The notes beneath the pieces are model-generated. The model had not been told where the DNA came from and searched no databases. It saw only the letters and a list, made by a program, of their open reading frames with translations. A stretch of 64,000 nt of DNA from Camelus dromedarius (lineage: Eukaryota): assembly GCF_036321535.1 (NCBI RefSeq), contig NC_087436.1, positions 14,632,001-14,696,000 of the forward strand, read 5' to 3'. Below are positions 13,440-23,570 of the stretch, piece after piece. The position numbers and the translations under genes are program-made. Within the stretch, counting starts at the first letter, position 1; each line of letters opens with the position of its first letter.

Positions 13440-14250
13440 CAAACACGAGATAAGCAAGTACATACAAATTTCCTTTTCAACTGAAATGAGACCTTTCTTA
13501 GTCTACTCTTGATGTTCATAGAAGAAGATTGTTCAGATGTGTGAGAAGTTGAAAACTGCAGCATAATGTTCATTGCTTTTTGTAAATAGTAGAATATTCT
13601 TTTCTTCACAGAAGTCCAGAGCTTGCCTGGGCAGATCAATGAAACTCATCTTGAATGTATAAGACTACAGGTTCTTCCTTTTTTTCTTAAGTCACCTTCC
13701 CACAGTCAGAAGATTCAGAGAAGGAGTTCCTGCCCAGTGATACACGTGTGTTGAAAGAGAAGGAAAATCAGTTTGGTTTTGTTCTGCAGCTTCTCCAGGT
13801 GGTTTCCAATAAGACTTGAAACTTGCTGCTGTCTTCTGCACTCACGCCCGAGCAGCAGTGGAAACATTTCAACATTTCTTTTTTGTAACATGATGTTTTC
13901 CAAAAGTGTATTTTCCTTTTAAATCCAAGAATCTTCTTCCTTGAAGTCAAAAGTATTTTCTTCGTACCTTATGGAGACTGGAGAGTGTTAAATTGGCTAG
14001 TTTCTAGCCATTCTTCATCTTCAAAGTATTCAACAAAATCTTTCTTCTGTTGTCTTAAAAGGACCCCTTTCAGCTCAAATACCCTGCTGAGAACTTTTCC
14101 TCTGCTGAGCCACTGGATTTCTTTATGTAGTGGGAGATATTCTTTAAGTATTCCAGAATGAAATGACCTTTGTTCAATGAAGTTAACCATTTTGCAGTGT
14201 TTTTCAAAACATTTTTATTTCATCCCAAGTGTGTTTGACACCAGTCCATG
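13440..14250 (-). mobile_element. Decayed hAT (Charlie/Buster-type) transposase coding remnant; element may extend left to about 12430
   Basis: Collinear frameshifted minus-strand peptides: LHKEIQWLSRGKVLSRVFELK (cf. HTEVRWLSRGKVLxRxFEL), KILGFKRKIHFWK / NVEMFPLL...LIGNHLEKLQNK, and KAMNIMLQFSTSHTSEQSSSMNIKSRLR (hAT C-terminal dimerisation region). Confidence 0.88.
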
Positions 14251-14261
14251 GATGCCTTCAG

Positions 14262-14510
14262 TGTTAGTTCAGGTCCCCAGAGAAACAGATGTCAAGACAA
14301 GTTTTGAGGTGCAGGGAGCCCCCCATCCAGAGCTGGCTGTCAGAGCATTCCCACCAAGCTCAGTCGTTTGCTGGGTGGAGCCTGAGGAGGCACGGCTGGT
14401 GTGACTGCCATGGTAGATTTCCGGGTGAGGCTGCTGGAGGTGGTCTGGCAGCTCTGCTCGTCATAGCAGGTTCAGATATCAGAGCAAGTCCTCACTATGA
14501 CCACCACACC
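14262..14510 (-). mobile_element. MaLR (MLT1-like) LTR remnant
   Basis: tgttagttcaggtccccagagaaacagatgtcaagacaagttttgaggtgca ... caccaca matches MLT1-type termini. Confidence 0.65.
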
Positions 14511-15039
14511 CTCCACATCCCACTGGGCTCCAACACCATCCTGCGGTGCAGACACCTTTCTTACCCTGCTCCCATTTGACACCCCCACCGAAACAGAAGT
14601 TCTCATTCTGCCCTGCCTTTACCTGCTGGGCTTCACAGTGCGGATCCCTCGTCACTGTTCTCATAGTCAGGCTCCTTCCTCCCACAGTCCCTCACGTACT
14701 GGAGGCCCTCCTCACTCTGCTGCACTGTCCGCCCTCTGCTGGACTGCCATCCTGCCTCCCACTCACGTATCTCACTTGCTTGGCTCCACTTATGGGCTTT
14801 AGGACTGAATTGCTGAGGGGAGGGGATAGTAGAAGGAGGTAGAAGAGGAAGAGCCCTCTGCGTTTCTTAAGTCTGCAACTGCCTAGGATACGGCTCCATT
14901 CACTGAGAGAGAAATAGTTAAGAGGACCTGTGAACAATGTGGGCATATATGTGTGTGAGAGAGAGGGAGAAGACAGGAGTTGGGTTTTAAAATAATGAAT
15001 TTGGGGCAACTGTAGGATACCTTGGTAAAACTAATAGGC

Positions 15040-15310
15040 TCATTGGAGGAGTTTGGCTGGAGATGCTAGAATTGGTTGTCATTAGTGTCTGTGTGATAAT
15101 TAAAACCTGAGGTTTCAAAGAAACTGCAGAGAAGGAAGGAGCTGGCAGTGGAGAACAACAGTGCTGCCTGAGGGACAATACCAAGAAAAGGGGTGATACC
15201 AGGGGAAACCAAGGGACGTGAGAGTTGTAAAGAAGCGATGAATGCTTGTTCAATAATGTTAAAAGCTACAAAAATAGTAAAAGATCCAGTGGGATTTAGC
15301 AACCAGTTTA
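15040..15310 (-). mobile_element. LINE-2 fragment
   Basis: ggctggagatgctagaattggttgtcattag...ggaaaccaaggga...gtgggatttagcaacc. Confidence 0.65.
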
Positions 15311-16034
15311 AAATTTAGTTACAATGGAAGTAAACTGAGATGGCAAAGGCAGTGGAGTTGAATGGCAACAAGGAATTAAATTTGGTCAAAACAAAAATAT
15401 ATATTTAATAACATAAAAAATACATATTGTCAGGTGGACTGAGAAACAGTGTTTTGCATCCTTTCTGGTAAAAATATACAGGATTGATGAGGCATGCGGA
15501 TTTAAAATATTCAGTTCAGAACCAAAACTTAATGAATACTTGCTGCTTGTGTGAACACTTGTGTGATGCTCCCCATGTTGTTCATTTTGTGTGGATTTTT
15601 GTTTATCTGCATTACTAGGGATCTGTTCAGCCAATTTTGCAGCCCCTGGAAGATTTTCACCTTAAGCTCTGCATAGGATTTCCCAGTTTGCTGCAGTATA
15701 GGGGATGTGGCACTAGAATTACTCAACAGATAATGTGCTTTTGAAGTATTAATCTTCTTAGTCACATCTTTCATAGCATGTGCTAAAAATAACAAGAAAC
15801 TTGATAAAAGGAAAAATTATTTTTATGACTTAGAATATAATTTATAAATAAATGTTAAGATACTAGATTTATACCCTATCAATTTCAGGAGTCTTATAAG
15901 GGACTTTGTTCAGTACAGACTACAACTTAAAAAAATGGGTTTAAAATAATTGATACTGTTTTTGTGATCTGGTTTATAGCTCTTCTTTGGTGAGGAAAGT
16001 ATGCTCAGCACAAGACCAGCTTTAAAAGACTGGA

Positions 16035-16630
16035 TAATTATTTACTCACTAAATAAGTGTTTTGAGGACCTCTTGAACCGAGCATTTTTGTAGGTGCCGA
16101 AGATAGTGGTGAAAAAGGAAAATCTCTTTCCTTATGAACTTAAACTCTAGTGGAAAGAGGCAGATAATACATGAAGAAACGGGTGGATGGGCAGATAGGC
16201 ACTCATTATGTAACAGACACTCTCAGTGCTGTAGAGGAGTCCAATGGAGGAAGGGAGTAATGAGATGCAAGGGAGTGATTATTTTCAATAGGATTATTAG
16301 GGAAAGTGTCATTTGGAGGATGTTTGAATATTCCTGAAGGAAATGTGGGAAGAACCATGCAGATACATGAGGGAGAGCATCCGGCACAGGGTGTGCCCAG
16401 CACAGAGTCTCTGAGGTAGCAGTGTATTTCCCTCTTCAAGAAAGAACAAGGACAGAAAGGGTGGAGCAATGTGAAAAAGGGAGAACAGTATAATAGGAGC
16501 TCAGAGTGGTGGGATTTGCATAGATTATGCAGGGCCTAACAGACAGCCATTGAAAAAATTGACTTTTATTTGGAGTGAAGATGGGAAGCTCCTGGTGGAT
16601 TTTGAATAGCAGAGTGATATGATATGACTA
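16035..16630 (-). mobile_element. LINE-2 3' end
   Basis: atttactcactaaataagtgttttgagg...ccttatgaacttaaactctagtgg...gattttgaatagcagagtgatatgatatgact. Confidence 0.85.
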
Positions 16631-18959
16631 AAGTGTGTATTCCAGATACTTACTTTTAATCACTTTGAACATAGTGATTAATAAATTATTAATTTGACAT
16701 CTGGAGAGTTCATACTGTGAAGCTGGAGAATTATTACGTGGTGTGGCAAAAGGGAACTCCAGGTGATGAGGGAAGCTCTTCTAGAACACTCTTAGACTGA
16801 GAACAATGAGAGGGATGGTGTTTAATTAAGAGGAGTGATTTAGGGAGACTTTAGGCGTCTGAAACATTTCATTATCCCCTCTCTCTGAAACCGTTGTTTT
16901 AGATTTGTATATATATATGTATACACACACAGAGTTGTAATGTAAAATCTGATTTTACTGTGGGTTCTGGTCAGGTTAAGAGTCATTAACTTGTAAAGAA
17001 ACATTTCTAAACATTATCCTCTAGAAAATTAGTATGTGCCTGAAGCATATTGAGTGCCCAGTGAGTATTTGTTTTAGAGTAATAATCTTTGAGGGCTGTA
17101 GTGATTCTGGTTTTGGAAAAGAAGGCAATAGCAATGTTAGAGAATAGTATTCTTTTAGGACTTTATCATATGCAGTTATGTAGATTGAGGCACATGAAAG
17201 AAATCTCAGTTGAGTGTCAATTTCTGGTCCCTGCTTTGCTCTAAGCTATCTTGAAGCTAGCAAGCTTGAAGAATACTTAATCTCTTTGAACCAAGATTGC
17301 TTTATCTGTGAAGTGAGGAACATTTTCAATTTAAAATTTCTTTGGTTTTCTTTTATCAGTATTATTCCTGAACTTTAAATCATTTTCATTCTCATCATGC
17401 CCAGTTGTCAGGAAATCATAGAATTTAATGTCAAAATATATTAGCCATCAGATTTTATTTTACTGATTTCAAGTTCCATTTCACTGGTTATTGATAAAAA
17501 CGTAAGTCGTGTATCTGATATAGTTTGACATTATATACTGGTAAGAAGAAATAAAAGAGAATCCTCAAATTTTACATAGTTTTTTAAAGGATATAGGCTT
17601 CTGCTTGTTTATGTTTGATTTTCGTATGACAGTGTCCTAAATCATACAAAAAGTTTTCTCTTAAAAAGTTTAAAATTAGGATTATAAAAAGTAAAATTGT
17701 GCTTTTATTAATACCTCATTTATTAACTTCTCCTGTATGGCATTTTCAAGTTTTAGATTATGGGTGCTTGATTTTTTTAATCTGGGACTTTATAAGCTAT
17801 TTTTTAAAGGGTCTTTCCTCCCTTAAAAGTATTTAGTAGTTGATTCTGATTTCCTATTAATTACTAGATAAATATTTATTAATTTAATTAGGTCATTAGC
17901 TTATTTAGAATATTATTAGAAAACTTATTTTCTAAAAATACTATTTTTTGTTTAAATTTAATACCAACAGAAAATGAATTTTTTTTCTCTTAGTTTCTAT
18001 ATATTATCATATTCCATTCCTGAAATCGGTCAGAGAAATCCAACCCAATAAAATATGCTACTTGGAAAAATTTTTATGTAAGTCTGTCAGTAGGTATTTT
18101 AAGCCTCTTCAAATCTGGATTTCCTATAATCTGACTTTTAGCTGTGTCATTGTATGTTTTATATTGGCTGTGCTTTAAATCTGATTCTTCTACTTGTATT
18201 TAATCACTTTTGACCAGGTCTGTCTATGAGAATCTGTATTACTCTGAAAGCTATTTACATGCCACACTGTAAATATGAGTCAGTTATCTTTATTGACTTA
18301 AGACATTTCTTCTCTGTTCCCCTCAATATAACACTAACATTACACAATGATAATGATTTGAATTTATTATTCATAATTGGTTAACAGAAGTGTTCACTGA
18401 TAACCAGTATCAGTACTATTTAGAAATGCTGGATATAAACTTTCTGTTTGTAGGCTGGCCGCTTACCAACAGTCTCCTTATTTCTTTACACCCATTCTCT
18501 GTGATTTATGACCTTTGTTCTCTCATCTTTTCATTTTGTAAGCTGCTCTTAATATGTCATTGAACCCGTTTCATTCTTACAAAAATATGCCTGTTAGGTT
18601 GGGCACACAAAGGGCAATTTGCATGTTATTTTTAAATTGATTTCCTGTGATATTTTCATAGTTTGTCTTTGACATGTACTAGCTAGCAAGTTTTGATGAT
18701 CTTTATTTCCTGTAGTTTATCTTCTGAAAACAATGGATATATATATATTCCATTTTCTAAGAAACTCTACCTTTTGCCTTGAAGATAAATTTTATATTGT
18801 GCTTGCCATAGTTGTACATAAGAACCACTAGACTTTTAAAGCCACATGAAGCATATATTATAGCAGTTTATTGATTACATTTGATCATCAGAATCTCTTG
18901 CACCAAGGAAAGTTTCCCTCCTCTTCCCCTAGAAGACTTATTTCATTCCTTTCTCTTCA

Positions 18960-19810
18960 AATTTCAAACATCATTCACAGCTGATAACCTTGCTTCTTCC
19001 TATTTTACAAAACAAAAACAAAAACCAAAGGAAGAAATAATTGAAGGAATGAGTCGGGGACTTCCAAAGACTCCTACCACTATAAAAACCCACCTACTTA
19101 GAATTGTTCCCACATTGAGAAATATGGTGAAAAGAAGTAAATTTAAAGTATTTATATAATATCACTTTGCTTTTCCACCTATTACCATAAATGAAGTATC
19201 CATTTTTCTAACTAAAACTAGTTCTTCTACTTTAGAATGCTTTTTCGTCATCCCTTTTTAATTACTTAAGGATATCACTTCACCATCTCGTCTCTTTCTT
19301 GATTACATTATAAACTTTTTTTGTTTTGTGCTGGATTATTCTTGTCAGTTATAGATCTGCTGCTAGTTCTCCAGTCTTAAAGAATCAAAAATCTTCTCTT
19401 GACCCCGTTTTCCCTACCAGTTACCACTCCCTTTCTTTTGTTCCTTTTTGCATCAAACTCCAGACTTGTCCATACTCATCATCCCTATTCCCTTTATCCC
19501 AGTCTCTTAAATCTACTTTTATCAGACTTTACTAACAAGAATTGCTCCCATTACTGGTGATGTCCAGGTTACTGAATCTAATGGTCAGTTTTTTTGCCTT
19601 CATCCTACCTGAGTTACAGCAATAGCTGTCATTATTTACTTTCTCCTCCTGGGTATGCTTTCTTAGCTTGGCTGCATGAATACCACTCATTCTTGATTTT
19701 CCTTCTGAGTCATCTTTGCTGGCTACTCCTCTTCTTTTAGAATGTTGGAGTGCCTCAGGGGTGGGTCCATCTTTAGAACTCTTCTCTTTCTACATTTACA
19801 CTTCTAGTGT
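18960..19810 (+). mobile_element. LINE-2 internal fragment
   Basis: cagctgataaccttgcttcttcctattttac...aatctaatggtcagttt...aatgttggagtgcctcagggg. Confidence 0.8.
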
Positions 19811-20259
19811 AATTAGAATTTAAGAATTTTCCCCCACACTACAGCTTATTTCTTAGAAATTATACATTATAGAAAAGAAAATGAAATATTGCTATTTTAA
19901 AACTATCTTTGGGACTTGCTGACCTCACCTTAGAGCTTGCAGTGAGAACTATAGACGTCTAGGGGGTGATCATCTAGTGGCAAGGTGTGGAGAAGTGGAT
20001 AAGATCATTATGATAATGATGTAGTTTCTCTTAGGGCATGATTAAAAAAAGGGTATTATATTTCTTATATTTCTTATATCTTATAAACCTTAAAGACATT
20101 TTTAAAAGGAATTTTATATGAACTTGTGTAGTGTGTTGGCATTTTTTTTAATGTACCTCAAACCTGTACATATAGATACCTGCAAAGGATGAAATTTAAG
20201 AATGTTATGAAAAGATTCTATATCAAGTCAAATTTTAGAGCCAGTGTTAAAAAACACTA

Positions 20260-20710
20260 AAGTAAACATGCTTGATATATAAAATTTGAGAAATATGGTA
20301 AAAAATAAATTAAAGCACCTATCTTACAACTGCCCAAATGCAGTGTATATTTTGAATTGTTGTCTTCTATCTAGTCCTTATACAGCTTGAAAGTCATGCT
20401 ATGATTATATAATTTCCTGCATTTTGCCCTTAGGGTAGTGTAATATAATCATCCATGTTTTGATTCACAGATTTTTTAAATGAACATCATGTTTAGGGAT
20501 TGCACCATAAATGTATTTAATTTCATGGGTTTCTTTGTCTTGAACATTTGGGTTTTGATTATTTGAATTTATGTTTATTTTTATTTTTTGCGTTTGTGAA
20601 TAAAGCAGCAGTGAGCATTCTCTGCATAATTTTTTTTCTGTTTTAGGATTACTTCCTTAGGATAGATTGCCAGAAGTGGAGTTACTGGGTCAGAGGGTAT
20701 GAACTTACGA
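20260..20710 (-). mobile_element. Ancient L1 (L1ME-like) 3' fragment hosting the 50-nt exon
   Basis: gaacatttgggtt...aataaagcagcagtgagcattct...ttccttaggatagattgccagaagtggagttactgggtcagagggtatg aligns by eye to the antisense L1 segments at about 9265-9390 and 47160-47292. Confidence 0.75.
20647..20696 (+). other. FBXW7: 50-nt non-coding 5'UTR exon of FBXW7alpha (upstream exon of circFBXW7)
   Basis: Acceptor ttttttttctgttttag|G, donor AGG|gtatga at 20697. 50+570 = 620 nt, the size I recall for human circFBXW7, and the junction-spanning ORF is exactly 185 aa. Confidence 0.88.
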
Positions 20711-20849
20711 ACTTTTTTCTTTTCTTTTTTTTTTTTGAAATAAAATTTTTATTTATTTGATGTTCAGTTGATTTATATTCATTGTGAAAAGTGAAAATTA
20801 TAATGATTATATTTGATACCTGTCAAAAAACTGTCTAAAGACAAGCTTC

Positions 20850-21040
20850 TGTGATAAGTTTGGGAAATTCCTAAAATTTAAAAAAAAAAAGCCTTTTTAT
20901 CTTGGTTTATCTCAGCATTTCCTGAACTTAACTGAGCAGTGAATAGTTTTTTGTGATACACTTTTTAGCATTTTGTGGAAGTACCCTTTTTAACATTTTG
21001 TGGAAGTTTTACAAAGGTTATAGTTTATGAACTACTGATC
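20850..21040. mobile_element. hAT-Charlie (Charlie4-like) non-autonomous fragment
   Basis: ataagtttgggaaat...cagcatttcctgaactta...atagtttatgaactactg. Confidence 0.45.
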
Positions 21041-21369
21041 TAAAATTTAAAATTGTTTTACAGGGTAGATTATGTTTTATTGGTCAAAGCAACTAAATTA
21101 AACTGTAACCTTTGTTCTAAAATTATTTTAAAAAGGAGATTAAAATAAAGCTGTTTACTATATGATTTTGTGTATATCTTTATAAAGTCTCATAACTTTT
21201 ATAATGTAAATGTTCTGTATTGATTTCCTAAAGAACATCTTAATGCCTCAGGGGCATCAGATACTTTTTATAATCTTTAATGAAATTTGGAATATAGACA
21301 TATAACATAAAAGTAAAAGATAATGTAGATTGTATAAACCTTTTTCTCGCCCCCCTTTTCCCCCTGCAG

Positions 21370-21939
21370 AATGTGAAAACCTTTGCATCTTCTGATAGTC
21401 TAGCCAAGGTTCAAGAAGTAGCAAGCTGGCTTTTGGAAATGAATCAGGAACTGCTCTCTGTGGGCAGCAAAAGACGACGAACTGGAGGCTCTCTGAGAGG
21501 GAACCCTTCCTCAAGCCAGGCAGATGAGGAACAGATGAATCGTGTGGTAGAGGAGGAACAGCAGCAGCAGCTAAGACAACAGGACGAGGAGCACACTGCG
21601 AGGAATGGTGAAGTCGTTGGAGCAGAACCTAGACCTGGTGACCAAAATGATTCCCAGCAAGGACAATTGGAAGAAAACAACAATCGGTTTATTTCCATAG
21701 ACGAGGACTCCTCGGGAAACCAAGAAGAACAAGAGGAGGATGAGGAGCATGCTGGCGAACAAGATGAGGAGGATGAAGAGGAGGAGGAAATGGACCAGGA
21801 GAGTGATGACTTTGATCAGTCTGATGACAGTAGCAGGGAAGATGAACATACACATAGTAACAGTGTCACAAACTCTAGTAGTATCGTGGACCTGCCTATT
21901 CACCAACTCTCCTCCCCGTTCTATACAAAGACAACAAAA
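21370..21939 (+). other. FBXW7: Full 570-nt FBXW7alpha exon (69 nt 5'UTR + 501 nt CDS)
   Basis: Strong acceptor cctttttctcgcccccttttccccctgcag|A (AG 21368-21369) and donor gtgagt at 21940. Confidence 0.95.
21439..21939 (+). CDS. FBXW7: FBXW7 alpha-isoform-specific first coding exon, coding part (codons 1-167; partial CDS that splices to shared exons beyond the window)
   Basis: Translates to MNQELLSVGSKRRRTGGSLRGNPSSSQADEEQ...DLPIHQLSSPFYTKTTK, the recognisable FBXW7alpha N-terminus (KRRR NLS, SQ motif, E/D/Q-rich tract). 501 nt = 167 codons, ending at phase-0 donor AAA|gtgagt (GT at 21940). Confidence 0.98.
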
Positions 21940-22054
21940 GTGAGTACATTTAGTCTGCTGTTCACCTGAGAAATTTGACGTATCTATATTAATTGTAGTG
22001 AAACTTTCCTCACAATCTTTGTATTACTGCAGAATTAATCTTCAGATGTGTAGT

Positions 22055-22060
22055 AATAAA
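22055..22060 (+). terminator. Candidate intronic polyadenylation signal downstream of the alpha exon
   Basis: AATAAA about 115 nt past the donor, followed by a T/GT-rich tract (gatttttgtttta). In-frame TGA at 21967-21969 lies before it. Confidence 0.45.
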
Positions 22061-23394
22061 ATGAACTGATTTTTGTTTTATAGGGAGTATTAGAAAAAAT
22101 TAGAAATAGAAATACCAATAATGGGATGTTATTACAAATGGAGAGAAGGTATTTGATTCTATTGCTATGAAAAATCATTAATGTCAAATTTCATTGTAAA
22201 TTTTGTCCCTGCAGCGGGGTTAGTAGGTTGTGTGCAGTGGAAGGGGTTGGAGTGAAACATGATTTGTGTGAATCAAGTAGTGAAGAATCTTTTCTTATTT
22301 ACAAAGTGCAGCTGGTCTGGTGGGCTTTGTATTCACAGGTGTTACTCCAAGGTACAGGTTACTGGGAGTTACCTCGAATTAGTTTTCTTATGATGATTAA
22401 CGTGTATCCTTCGTGAGCAGTTTTCTCTTTGTTATGTAAACAAGAAGAAATTACAGCCTGAATATTAGTATTTGGTTGTTGGAGAAATCTAAGTAGGTAT
22501 TTTTAAAAGTTAAAGCACTAGATGGTGACATATTTAAGATTGTGAAACACTTTTCCTACATTATAAAACAGCAGAAATGTATGGTGCTATCTTCACTGCT
22601 TGTTTTCTTCTAGTTATGTTATTAAAATTAAAACATTTAGGAGCATTGGAGGAATTGGGGTTCTTTTCTGACTCCATTTTACTGGAACACTCCATTTACT
22701 TCTCCAGGCGATCGGAGTATTTACTGTAGGGTAACCACACCATTTTGGTTGGTATTTGACTGTGAGAAGTAGGAGATAATGTAAAGATGCACTTTACATT
22801 ATCAAAGAGTCCCAGCTTTCTGTCGGGTTTCTGCCACTGCTTCCCTCGCCTGCAGTGTTCCTTTCCCTTTCCCATCCTGGGAAACAGCTCTGTTGTGTCT
22901 GCCTCCTTGTCTCATTTAGCTAGTGGTAGCCCATGAGTTAGCCATAGATATGATTTAAAAGGTAGACAGTTAGACTCCTGTCTGAACTGGAGGAGGCCTA
23001 TCAATTCAGAGACGTGGTGACTAGCCTGTTGCTGAGAAAAGCAATTCCATTTTGTGCAGTCCTTGGAGGCCATGCCGGAGTTAAGGACTGGGTACACTGT
23101 CACTATCACATACTATCACTGCTTCCCTGAATTATCTTTGCTGGTTAGGGAGGGAGGTGCTGTCTGAGCTGGAAGGCGGAGTGACTGGGAAGCTGCAGTA
23201 AATTTGGAATTGCAGTGCTAATTCTTTGGGGAGGCGTATGGGCTTCTTTCCTTGGAGCGTTCCTGGATATGTTACTTAAAATTGTGGTCATGATAAGGGG
23301 CAGGGATTGTGGAGAGAAGGAAGTAGCATTTCTCTCACTACCCAGTCTTTTATTGTATTCCCTTTCCCTCATCAAAGTATAGTCCAAATGAAGT

Positions 23395-23570
23395 AATACA
23401 GTGTCTGGGCTTTGCTTCAAAATAATACTGAACGGGGAAAAAGGAAGTAGGGTATAGATTGGCCATGAGTTGCTAATTGTTGAAGCTGGGTTGTAGGATC
23501 ATGGGGGTTCATGGGTATAATCTGTGTAGTTTTTAATGTTTAAAGTTTTCCACAATAAAAAAAATTAAGT
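23395..23570 (+). mobile_element. Old L1 3' terminus, sense
   Basis: tgtctgggctttgcttcaaaataat...taattgttgaagctgggt...ttttccacaataaaaaaaa. Confidence 0.8.

Larger units (their letters stand above)
20647..21939 (+). ncRNA. FBXW7: Predicted circFBXW7 (two-exon, 620-nt circular RNA; back-splice 21939->20647)
   Basis: Exon sizes and the 185-codon circular ORF match human circFBXW7/FBXW7-185aa as recalled. Long flanking introns. Expression in this species is not shown by the sequence. Confidence 0.7.

Noticed and set aside
14177..15009. Cluster of overlapping ORFs in a GC-richer region
   Set aside because: Partly inside an MLT1 LTR, no recognisable protein; higher GC lowers stop frequency.
19114..19150. 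ttgagaaatatggt shared with about 20286
   Set aside because: A single 14-mer in AT-rich sequence; too weak to call a templated insertion.
21257..21943. Antisense and alternate-frame ORFs overlapping the alpha exon
   Set aside because: Shadows of the low-complexity GAG/GAA/CAG-rich coding sequence.
21373..21969. 198-aa ORF as a complete single-exon gene
   Set aside because: The track starts at a GTG and reads through the donor. The canonical coding part is 21439-21939.
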